From the NCBI GenBank assembly GCA_041658745.1, contig JBAZZP010000003.1, positions 3,811 through 67,810 on the forward strand: a stretch of 64,000 bases of DNA, written 5' to 3'. The position numbers and the translations under genes were made by a program. The notes beneath the pieces were generated by a model. It did no database searches and was not told where the DNA came from. It worked only from the letters and a program-made list of their open reading frames with translations. The stretch's first letter is position 1; every line of letters begins with the position of its first letter. The stretch is from Candidatus Margulisiibacteriota bacterium. Its GTDB lineage: Bacteria; Margulisbacteria; WOR-1; O2-12-FULL-45-9. This document shows positions 8,350 through 16,125 of this stretch, one piece after another.

Positions 8350-8925
8350 ATGAGGAGAATGCCCTTATTTATCAAAGCACCCATGATTGCCATTATTGCC
8401 CTATTTTGCTTTTTGGCCTTTTCGGGCAATATCAAAATAATCGATAATGAAAAAGAATATATTACCCTGCTTTTTCTCCAGCAAAGAGTCCTGGACTTTG
8501 CACAAAAGTACAGCGGCAGAGACGTAATCGTAGTTAGCAAAAAAGACCACCTACTTTTTTATTGCCGAGATGGAAAAATCGTAAAAAATGATTACTGGAA
8601 CGGTTTTAATGTTAGCTTCCCAGTCAAAGTATCCCTTGCCAGCCGCTATTTCTTTACTCCGGAAGGAGAGATGTTTATCGATGCTAAAAATGCCAATAGC
8701 CGTTATACTCTATTCCTTAAACTTAGCGTTCCCAGTGCTTATGGCATTCATGGGGCTTCAACTCGCCTTGCTTCCCATCTCGATAAGATGGAAACCATTA
8801 ACCCTAATTACAGTTTTGTAACCAAAAAAGATGATACCAGAGGCTGTGTCGCCGTTGAAAACCGGGTGATTAAATATTTATTTGCCAAAGTGGATGTAAA
8901 TACGCCGGTTTTAATTATGCCGTAA
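8350..8925 (+). CDS. Putative L,D-transpeptidase (YkuD-fold) with signal/anchor
   Basis: N-terminal hydrophobic segment. 'YGIHGAS...(x30)...TRGCVAVEN' resembles the YkuD H...(S/T)xGC(I/V) catalytic motif. Confidence 0.55.
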   Translation: MRRMPLFIKAPMIAIIALFCFLAFSGNIKIIDNEKEYITLLFLQQRVLDFAQKYSGRDVIVVSKKDHLLFYCRDGKIVKNDYWNGFNVSFPVKVSLASRYFFTPEGEMFIDAKNANSRYTLFLKLSVPSAYGIHGASTRLASHLDKMETINPNYSFVTKKDDTRGCVAVENRVIKYLFAKVDVNTPVLIMP

Positions 8926-8940
8926 TTAAAGGAGATTGTT

Positions 8941-10401
8941 ATGAGTGTTACCAATTTTCGTCCCCTTCCGCCCCGAAAAGTTTTTGTTGAAAGCCTAACC
9001 CGTCGGTGGAGAGCCAAACACTATCAACCAGACCAAACCTTGCCCCGCATCCCATTGCGAATGCATGTAATGCAAATGGTTTGTGCAGCAGCCATTTCTC
9101 TACTTGATGCCCCACATGCTACAAAAGATGCGATTCGCTCAGCCTTATTTCCTTTTGCTGGATTAGCAGTCGGCAAGACTCAAAATGAACATGACAGAAC
9201 AATTGATTTTAACAATATTACCACTCATGCCCAAGAGATAGAGTATGCTGACCCCAACAAAGCGACGCTTGTCCTCGGTGGGATTGAATGCTCAAAAACC
9301 AAAACCCGCCTGCTCTCTATGACCGGAAAAGAATTTTATATTGCCGAAATCCGATCAGAAAGCGGAGCTTTTAATGGCATAACGGTCCCCATGTTAGCCG
9401 GCATCGGTAATTCGGCAGAAGGTTTTTTTCATAATAATCTAATCCCTTTTCTGTTAGGTCTAGGTTGCCACATAATTTTAATCGACCAGCCAGGAATTGC
9501 AAAAAATTTACACTACGAGACAGAAAAGCCCAGGGTTATGGCACTAGTTGACGAAATCCTGCCGGTTGTCTGTAAATATTTGGCAGATAAAAAGTATAAT
9601 GTCCATTGGGTTGCATATAGCCAAGGAGGCATGACTTTTAAGATATTTAAAGCTAAATTTGAAAAATGTATTCACGAAAATCCCCGATTTGCAGATACTG
9701 TAAAATCTAGCAATTGTCTTGGTTCGCCTTATCTTATCCTCGCCAATGCCCATCCGCTTTACGCCATAATTTTGGGATTGTCCGAACTATTGAAACACTC
9801 CTCTTCAATAAGAAAATGGCTCCCAGCCGTCCCCTACCAGAAACTTTTGGAAATAATCGGAGATGAATGGTACAAAATTGATTTTGATAGTTTATTAATC
9901 GGCAATCATTGGGGGCTTAGCTTAATTTCATCAGAAAAAAACCCGTCTTTTAATAAAGCTCAATCAGCCGAGTGCATGAGAAATGGCTTCAAGCCAATAC
10001 CAACCAAAGAACTTCTTTGGTATGTGGAACGATCACGCCTTGGTTCTCTCCCTTACTTAAACGAAGGTCTTGCCACCGTTGCTGCAGACCAGCTAGATGT
10101 TGATATTTCTGGAGTAGAAGACCCCTTAAGCCGTGCACACACACTTGATTATATGTATGATCTCACTAATTTTTCTTCTTCAATTTTTGGGCTAACACCA
10201 AAAACCAAAGTTATTGTTGACACAACTTCTGCACGGCATAAAACTGCATTACAAGACGTTAAGGACGGGTATACACACCTTGGAATCGTGATACATGCCA
10301 GCCATATGGATCTTGTTTTTCATCCGGGGGTTCGCGAAATAATCAAAGCCTCGATAGATGCAAGATTAGCGCGATTAGCCGCGGCAAATGGAATGGCCTA
10401 A
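8941..10401 (+). CDS. Hypothetical alpha/beta-hydrolase-like protein (AxSxG lipase-type elbow)
   Basis: 'HWVAYSQGGMTF' nucleophile-elbow-like motif, 'ILIDQPG' strand and C-terminal 'ASHMDLVFHP' His motif. SD 'AAAGGAG' upstream. No closer family recognised. Confidence 0.45.
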   Translation: MSVTNFRPLPPRKVFVESLTRRWRAKHYQPDQTLPRIPLRMHVMQMVCAAAISLLDAPHATKDAIRSALFPFAGLAVGKTQNEHDRTIDFNNITTHAQEIEYADPNKATLVLGGIECSKTKTRLLSMTGKEFYIAEIRSESGAFNGITVPMLAGIGNSAEGFFHNNLIPFLLGLGCHIILIDQPGIAKNLHYETEKPRVMALVDEILPVVCKYLADKKYNVHWVAYSQGGMTFKIFKAKFEKCIHENPRFADTVKSSNCLGSPYLILANAHPLYAIILGLSELLKHSSSIRKWLPAVPYQKLLEIIGDEWYKIDFDSLLIGNHWGLSLISSEKNPSFNKAQSAECMRNGFKPIPTKELLWYVERSRLGSLPYLNEGLATVAADQLDVDISGVEDPLSRAHTLDYMYDLTNFSSSIFGLTPKTKVIVDTTSARHKTALQDVKDGYTHLGIVIHASHMDLVFHPGVREIIKASIDARLARLAAANGMA

Positions 10402-10405
10402 AAAC

Positions 10406-12391
10406 TCACGCCGTCTCGATGGGATCAACGTCGATGGCAATTTTAATATCGCGCGGAACAATCATTTTGGCTAAACTTTCCATTACAGCCGTTCGCATTT
10501 GCGAAAGATCCTGCCCCTTCAATAAAATATGATAGCGCCACTGGCCACGCACTTTTGATACTGCCGCAGGAGCCGGCCCCAATATCCCGCTTGTCAGCCG
10601 CTGGGAGAGCAAAGTTTTAAGGTCGCCGGCAATTTGTTGTGTCTTCTTTTCATCAATGCCACTTAGCATTAAAATAATCAGCTGAGCATAAGGCGGATAA
10701 CCTAGTTCTTGCCTGATCTTTATTTCTTGCTCATAAAATTGTTGAAAATCATGCTTAGCGGCGGTTTGGATCGCATAGTTTTCCGGATCATGGGTTTGAA
10801 TAATTACTTTCCCCGGCAAATGATGTCTGCCCGCTCGACCCGCTACTTGCGTTAACAACTGGAAAGTTCTCTCGGCCGCCCGGAAATCTGGAATTTTTAA
10901 AGCCGTATCCGCAGATACCACTCCGATTAGAGTTACATTGGCTACATCCAATCCTTTAGTTACCATTTGTGTACCAATTAAGACATTGGCTTTTCCTTCC
11001 GCAAAAGCAGCAAAGAAAACATCGTGCGATCCGCGCTTACTAGTGGCATCCCGATCCCAACGTAAGATTTTGGCCTGTGGGAAAACATCGGCCACCTCTT
11101 TTTCAATTCTTTGCGTCCCCGTTCCCACAAAGCGAATGTTGGTCCCATGACATTTTTGGCAGACTACATTACTGGCACAGGACCAGCCACAGCGAGTACA
11201 GCGTAAACATTTTTTACTAGTATCATAGTTGAGTGAAATAGAACAATGCGGACATTGGATGGTTGATCCACAAGCCTGACACATTAAAAAAGTAAAAAAA
11301 CCTAATCGATTAATAAATAAGATTGCTTGTTCGCCTTTGGATAAAGTGTCATACAGTTCTTCCCGCAATTTTTCTGATAATAAGAAGCTCTTATCTTTTC
11401 GCATATCGATAATTTCAACCGGCGGCAGCGGGCGGCTATCAATTCTTATCGGCAAAGATAATAATTTATACTCTCCCACTAAAGCCTTAAAATAACTCTC
11501 AAGCGCCGGAGTGGCTGACCCCAAGATGGTCACAGCTTGATGCAGTTTAGCTAGTTGCAGAGCGGCTTCTCTAGCATGATAGCGCGGGCTTTGGTCGGAC
11601 TTATAAGTATTTTCAAATTCCTCATCCACCACAATTAACCCCAAATTCTCCACTGGAGAAAAGATCGAAAGGCGAGTTCCTACAATAATGCGCGCTTTGC
11701 CCCTTTTGATGTCTTCGCCGGCTTCGCGGCGTTGTTTTAAAGTAAGATCACTGTGTAAAACCGCCACGATATCGCCAAACCGATCACGAAAACGATTAAT
11801 AATTTGGGGTGCCAGCGATATTTCGGGCACCAAAATCAGCGCCGACTTTCCTTTGTCCAAAACCTTAGCCGTCGCTTGCAAATACACCTCCGTCTTCCCC
11901 GAACCTGTTACCCCATGTAAAAGAAAAGTTTCTGTTCGCGTAGTATTAATCGCTACGTTGATCTGATCGAGAGCTTTTTGCTGATCAATTGTTAAATCCC
12001 GCTTCTTTTCTATCTTTGTTTGAATATTAGAATTTGTGATTTGTGATTTATTTGCATCTTGTTTCTTGTGTCTTGGATTCTTTACCCCGATTGGCAAAAT
12101 CGATCTAATCACCGTCCCCAAAAACGCACAATAGTATTCCGCCATCCATTTAACTAGCCCAGCCTGTTTTTCATTAAACAATGGCTGTTCACTAATCACT
12201 TCGCGGATTTCTTTAACTTCTGGCACATCGGCTTTTTCTACAAAACCAACAACATACCCCTCTTCGCTCCGTTTGCCAAAAGGAACCATAACTTTACTGC
12301 CAATGGCAACGTCAAATTCGGTCGGCAGCGAATAATGGTAGATTTTATCGGTAAATTTGGAAATTTTGGCAAGGATTACTTCGGCGAACAT
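10406..12391 (-). CDS. priA: Primosomal protein N' (replication restart helicase PriA)
   Basis: 'LLHGVTGSGKTEVY' Walker A, 'VVDEEF' DExx box, Cys-rich zinc region 'CQACGSTIQCPHCSISL...CTRCGW...CQKCHG' and 'AGRAGR' motif. Confidence 0.95.
   Translation of the reverse strand: MFAEVILAKISKFTDKIYHYSLPTEFDVAIGSKVMVPFGKRSEEGYVVGFVEKADVPEVKEIREVISEQPLFNEKQAGLVKWMAEYYCAFLGTVIRSILPIGVKNPRHKKQDANKSQITNSNIQTKIEKKRDLTIDQQKALDQINVAINTTRTETFLLHGVTGSGKTEVYLQATAKVLDKGKSALILVPEISLAPQIINRFRDRFGDIVAVLHSDLTLKQRREAGEDIKRGKARIIVGTRLSIFSPVENLGLIVVDEEFENTYKSDQSPRYHAREAALQLAKLHQAVTILGSATPALESYFKALVGEYKLLSLPIRIDSRPLPPVEIIDMRKDKSFLLSEKLREELYDTLSKGEQAILFINRLGFFTFLMCQACGSTIQCPHCSISLNYDTSKKCLRCTRCGWSCASNVVCQKCHGTNIRFVGTGTQRIEKEVADVFPQAKILRWDRDATSKRGSHDVFFAAFAEGKANVLIGTQMVTKGLDVANVTLIGVVSADTALKIPDFRAAERTFQLLTQVAGRAGRHHLPGKVIIQTHDPENYAIQTAAKHDFQQFYEQEIKIRQELGYPPYAQLIILMLSGIDEKKTQQIAGDLKTLLSQRLTSGILGPAPAAVSKVRGQWRYHILLKGQDLSQMRTAVMESLAKMIVPRDIKIAIDVDPIETA
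12021..12078 (+). repeat. CTTGTNN-family element inside priA (plus ATTTGTG x2.5)
   Basis: tgaatattaga + atttgtg|atttgtg|atttatt + tgcat + cttgttt|cttgtgt|cttggat. Encodes 'KKQDANKSQITNSNIQT'. Confidence 0.8.
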
Positions 12392-12397
12392 AAAATA

Positions 12398-12406
12398 AGT
12401 ATAGCA
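12398..12406 (-). promoter_or_regulatory. Extended -10 box TGCTATACT, 6 nt upstream of the priA ATG (leaderless-type)
   Basis: The minus strand reads TGCTATACT-TATTTT-ATG. Confidence 0.5.
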
Positions 12407-12433
12407 GAGAACCTAAATGGGTTTATAGCTTGG

Positions 12434-13810
12434 CTATATTTTCTTTCCCCATTTTACAATATGATTGGCAGTCATCCCACCAGCTTGAGTAAATGCTCCA
12501 CCAATATAAACATTCCCGGAATTGTCACTAACAATAGTGTTAACTATCCCATTCACCCCAGCTCCTAGCTCTTGCCAAGCACTGCCATTCCATTTGGCTA
12601 TATAATTAGAAAGATTTCCCTCAGCAGAAGAAAAATTCCCACCGGCATACAATGTCCCATAGCTATCTACACACAGAGCATTTAAAGATGCATTAAAAGC
12701 CCCTCCAACTGCTTCCCAGGTGTTTACGTTCCACTCCAAAACATGGTGCGAAGCGCCACTATACGTTTCTACCCCGCCAGCATATACTTTGGAATTTGTT
12801 GTATCATAGGCCAAGGAAGTAATTCTATAAAAGTTACACGACATGGCTTCCCAAGTACTTTCATCCTCAACCCATTTAACAATCCTATTGCTGCTCAAAG
12901 ACCCCACATTATTAAACCAGCCCCCGAGATAAAGATTGTTAGCGCCATCTTCTGCCAAACTAAAAACAATTGAATCAACCCCTCCAATTCCACTCCAATT
13001 TGTCCCATCCCATTTAGCTATATTATTAACCGTATTTCCTTCAATCGTTGAAAAAAACCCTCCAACATATAATTTTGTATTTTTCATCAACAGGCAAAAA
13101 GTCGCTCCTGATTGCTGTTGCTCAATTCCTCCTCCCAAAGCCTGCCAACTAGATCCATTCCATTTGGCAATGTAATTTGCAGTATTTCCATCAGCCGTTG
13201 TGAAATATCCTCCCGCGTATACTAAACCATTAGGGTTATCACAGATAATAGAATTCACAACATTATTAAATCCGCTGCCCAAGGCTTCCCAAGTTTGCAG
13301 TAAAGCGCTCCATTTTGCTATTCGCGTGGCGCCAACCCCACCAGCAAAAGAAAAGCTACCTCCGGCATAAAGATTCCCCGAACTATCTCTCGCTATCGCA
13401 TTTACATCACCATTGGTCCCACTTCCGATGGCTTGCCACCAATAAAGATCATACCAATTATTAACGATGGGGCTATTTGATAAACCCGTTTTAATAGCAA
13501 TAGCCTTAACGGTTTTCGAGCTTTCAAGCGAGATGGGTTCGGTATAAAGGGTTGAGGAAGCAGAGGGAGCTGTCCCATCTAGCGTGTAATAAATCGAAGA
13601 CCCTGCTGTACTACATTCTAGGGTGACATAGGTACTATTAACCTCATATGAACCAGAACTTTGCGAAAAGCTTGGGGCAGCAACTTGAGGAAGAGTGGTT
13701 GTTGTCGTTGTGGGGGTAGAAATTGTTTGACCACAGCCTACTAACCATAAACAAACCATCGTTAATCCGCATATGACCAAAGCCGGAAAAATTGCATTTT
13801 TGTTATTCAT
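12434..13810 (-). CDS. Lipoprotein with a chitobiase/hexosaminidase-C-like Ig domain plus a 7-bladed beta-propeller repeat
   Basis: Lipobox 'LVGCG'. 'SSIYYTLDGTAPSASSTLYTEPISL...VKAIAI' domain. Seven ~48-aa repeats of '(V)N(A)I..D..GNLYAGG.F..A.G..AN.IAKWNGS.W..LG.G'. GGGGGGAAGG SD. Confidence 0.7.
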   Translation of the reverse strand: MNNKNAIFPALVICGLTMVCLWLVGCGQTISTPTTTTTTLPQVAAPSFSQSSGSYEVNSTYVTLECSTAGSSIYYTLDGTAPSASSTLYTEPISLESSKTVKAIAIKTGLSNSPIVNNWYDLYWWQAIGSGTNGDVNAIARDSSGNLYAGGSFSFAGGVGATRIAKWSALLQTWEALGSGFNNVVNSIICDNPNGLVYAGGYFTTADGNTANYIAKWNGSSWQALGGGIEQQQSGATFCLLMKNTKLYVGGFFSTIEGNTVNNIAKWDGTNWSGIGGVDSIVFSLAEDGANNLYLGGWFNNVGSLSSNRIVKWVEDESTWEAMSCNFYRITSLAYDTTNSKVYAGGVETYSGASHHVLEWNVNTWEAVGGAFNASLNALCVDSYGTLYAGGNFSSAEGNLSNYIAKWNGSAWQELGAGVNGIVNTIVSDNSGNVYIGGAFTQAGGMTANHIVKWGKKI

Positions 13811-13825
13811 CCTTCCCCCCCATAA

Positions 13826-15049
13826 TTATTTGTTTTGATCTATTATCAATTCAACAATTTTATTGACAAGCACATTTGCAGCCTTTTCTTTAGGCTCCCT
13901 TGAATATTTCGCAGTTTTACCATTTTTATCAATTAGCTGATACTCCATATTATCCCCATCAAACGAATCAATCCCATTGGCTACAATAAAATCCAAATCC
14001 TTTTCTTTTAACTTTTGCTTTGCATTTTTAATTAAATCTTCGGTTTCCAGCGCAAACCCAACATGGATTTTCCCTTTACGCTCTTTTCTCTGCGCAAGGG
14101 TCATTAAAATATCTTGTGTAGGAACCAGCTCGAGTATTAAATTTTGTTTCGTTTTTTTAATTTTATATTTTGGTATTGTTTGGGATTTGGGATTTGGGAT
14201 TTGGGATTTATAGTCAGCTACTGCAGCCGCCATAACGACAATGTCTGCATGAGGATAATTTTGCAAAACGGCATCCAGCATCTCTGCCGCCGATTCAACT
14301 TTGATAATTTTTATTCCATCTGGAGCAGACAAATTAGTTGGAGCCGAAATTAAAGTAACCTCTGCCCCTCTTTCTCTCGCTGCTTCAGCAATCGCATAGC
14401 CCATTTTGCCTGATGAACGATTTGAAATATAACGAACGGGATCAATCGCTTCTCTTGTGCCCCCGGCTGTGACTAAAACCTTTTTCCCTTTTAAATCTTG
14501 TTCTTTGACAAAGTGACCGAGAACCATAGAAACAATTTCTTCCGGTTCCGCCATCCTCCCAATATCTTCCACCCCACAAGCTAACCTTCCCTCACATGGA
14601 CCAATCATCTCAAATTCCAACTTCTTTAATTTCTCAACGTTTTCTAAAACAATTGGATTGCGCCACATGTTAGCATTCATCGCCGGAGCAATTATTTTTT
14701 TAGCCATTGAGGCCATCACAATTGTGGTTAAAGCATCATCAGCAATGCCCCCCGCCAGTTTACCAATAACATTAGCCGTGCAAGGGGCAATTAAAACTAG
14801 TTCAGCTTTTTCAGCCACAGCAATGTGTGGGACGGGCATAGAAGCAAGAGCTGGGTCAAAAAGATTGGTAATAACTGGATTACCGGAAAGGGTTCGAAAA
14901 GTTAGCGGAGAAACCATTTCGGTGGCTTCACTAGTCATTACCACCCAGACATCGGCCCCTAACTTAACTAAACGTGAAACAATTTCGCAGGTTTTGTAAG
15001 CTGCGATTCCGCCAGTAACACCAACTAGGATGGTTTTGCCTTTTAGCAT
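13826..15049 (-). CDS. coaBC: Bifunctional phosphopantothenoylcysteine decarboxylase / phosphopantothenate--cysteine ligase
   Basis: N-terminal flavoprotein 'ILVGVTGGIAAYK' and C-terminal CoaB 'ISNRSSGKMG' and 'AAAVADYK...KIKK' motifs. Follows rpoZ as in Bacillota. Confidence 0.95.
   Translation of the reverse strand: MLKGKTILVGVTGGIAAYKTCEIVSRLVKLGADVWVVMTSEATEMVSPLTFRTLSGNPVITNLFDPALASMPVPHIAVAEKAELVLIAPCTANVIGKLAGGIADDALTTIVMASMAKKIIAPAMNANMWRNPIVLENVEKLKKLEFEMIGPCEGRLACGVEDIGRMAEPEEIVSMVLGHFVKEQDLKGKKVLVTAGGTREAIDPVRYISNRSSGKMGYAIAEAARERGAEVTLISAPTNLSAPDGIKIIKVESAAEMLDAVLQNYPHADIVVMAAAVADYKSQIPNPKSQTIPKYKIKKTKQNLILELVPTQDILMTLAQRKERKGKIHVGFALETEDLIKNAKQKLKEKDLDFIVANGIDSFDGDNMEYQLIDKNGKTAKYSREPKEKAANVLVNKIVELIIDQNK
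14179..14206 (+). repeat. Perfect heptamer array (TTTGGGA) x4 inside coaBC
   Basis: tttggga x4 read directly. Encodes 'SQIPNPKSQ' in the loop between the 'ADYK' and 'KIKK' CoaB motifs. Confidence 0.9.
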
Positions 15050-15093
15050 TCCGTTTGTCTTTTCCGTGTTGCACTTTCCGTGTTTATCCGTGT
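15050..15093 (+). repeat. Four spaced TCCGT(G/T)T boxes filling the rpoZ-coaBC spacer
   Basis: tccgttt (15050), tccgtgt (15063), tccgtgt (15077) and tccgtgt (15087). On the coding strand these are ACACGGA boxes ending at the coaBC ATG. Confidence 0.75.
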
Positions 15094-15450
15094 CTATTTC
15101 TTCTTCTTATCCTTAGCTGGGGCCTTTTTCTCTTTGGCCCCCCGGGCAAGACGATCAAGAGCATTGGGCCGCAGATCTTTTTCATCAGTAGCGGTCAATA
15201 ATTCTTGAGCTTTTTTACTAGAAGCTGTCGACATTTTAATCCTAAATTTTTCGGAAGCAATTTCGCGCAGGGCGGTTATAACAGGATTATTAGGATCAAA
15301 ATCATTGACATAAGGCAACGATCCATCAACAATTTGCTTTGCTCTGCCGGCAGCGGCATTTACCAATAAAAACTTATTTTTGGCCTTAATTAAAAGGTCT
15401 TCGATATCAATTTTGCCCGACTTAACGGTACTTTCTTCTTTTTTTATCAA
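15094..15450 (-). CDS. rpoZ: DNA-directed RNA polymerase subunit omega (with basic C-terminal extension)
   Basis: 'NKFLLVNAAAGRAKQI' omega-core motif. Position between gmk and coaBC. 4-nt overlap with the gmk stop. Confidence 0.85.
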   Translation of the reverse strand: MIKKEESTVKSGKIDIEDLLIKAKNKFLLVNAAAGRAKQIVDGSLPYVNDFDPNNPVITALREIASEKFRIKMSTASSKKAQELLTATDEKDLRPNALDRLARGAKEKKAPAKDKKKK

Positions 15451-16058
15451 TTTAATAACGTCCTCTCTTTTTCAACATTAATTATCGCCAAGATTTTCTC
15501 GGCGGCCGACTCTACTTTATCATTTACCACAATATAATCGTATTTTTCCATCACCTGCAGCTCGGCAATTGCCGCCCGCAACCGATAATTTACCACCTCC
15601 TGATCCTCTGTTTTTCTCTTCTTCAGCCTAAAGGCCAAAATATCCACCGAAGGTGGAATTAAAAATATAAAAACCGCTGCAGCTTTCAGTCTTTTTTCTT
15701 CGACAAAATTTTTAATCGCCGCCGCACCTTGCACATCTACTTCACAAACAACCGCTTTGCCCTTATTTAATTGTTCCTTAAGTGCCGAATAAGGCGTTCC
15801 ATAATAATAATTATGGACTTTGGCCCATTCTAAAAACTCATCTTCCCTTACTTTTTTGTCAAATTCTTGTTGGGTAACAAAAAAGTAATGCTCGCCATGT
15901 ATTTCACCCGGACGAGGCGGCCTTGTAGTAGCCGAAACTGACAAGGTGACACTTTTTTCTGATTTTAAGATCCGTTTAACAACGGTTGACTTCCCAACAC
16001 CGGAGGGACCAGAAACAACGACCAGTAAACCTTGCTTTCTTTTTGCCTTTTTGACCAT
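15447..16058 (-). CDS. gmk: Guanylate kinase
   Basis: 'VVSGPSGVGKSTV' P-loop, 'SATTRPPRPGEIHGEHYFFV' and 'YYGT' motifs. Confidence 0.95.
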   Translation of the reverse strand: MVKKAKRKQGLLVVVSGPSGVGKSTVVKRILKSEKSVTLSVSATTRPPRPGEIHGEHYFFVTQQEFDKKVREDEFLEWAKVHNYYYGTPYSALKEQLNKGKAVVCEVDVQGAAAIKNFVEEKRLKAAAVFIFLIPPSVDILAFRLKKRKTEDQEVVNYRLRAAIAELQVMEKYDYIVVNDKVESAAEKILAIINVEKERTLLN

Positions 16059-16072
16059 AAAAACAACAATTA

Positions 16073-16081
16073 ATTATAGCA
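16073..16081 (-). promoter_or_regulatory. Extended -10 box TGCTATAAT, 14 nt upstream of the gmk ATG
   Basis: The minus strand reads TGCTATAAT-TAATTGTTGTTTTT-ATG. The spacer contains no SD. Confidence 0.45.
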
Positions 16082-16086
16082 TGTTT

Positions 16087-16115
16087 TTGCTTCATAAAAC
16101 AACTTCTGTTATAAT
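16087..16115 (+). promoter_or_regulatory. Sigma70-type promoter TTGCTT-17-(TGT)TATAAT, 10 nt upstream of the GH57 ATG
   Basis: -35 at 16087-16092, 17-nt spacer, -10 at 16110-16115. The predicted TSS near 16122 would give a ~4-nt leader without an SD. Confidence 0.5.
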
Positions 16116-16125
16116 CGCAAAAGAC

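Noticed and set aside
15946-16125. N-terminal 60-aa extension of the GH57 ORF given in the ORF track
   Set aside because: It overlaps the gmk coding region on the opposite strand. The GH57 motif 'LWHMHQPFY' begins right after the ATG at 16126, and a TTGCTT-17-TATAAT promoter lies inside the supposed extension.
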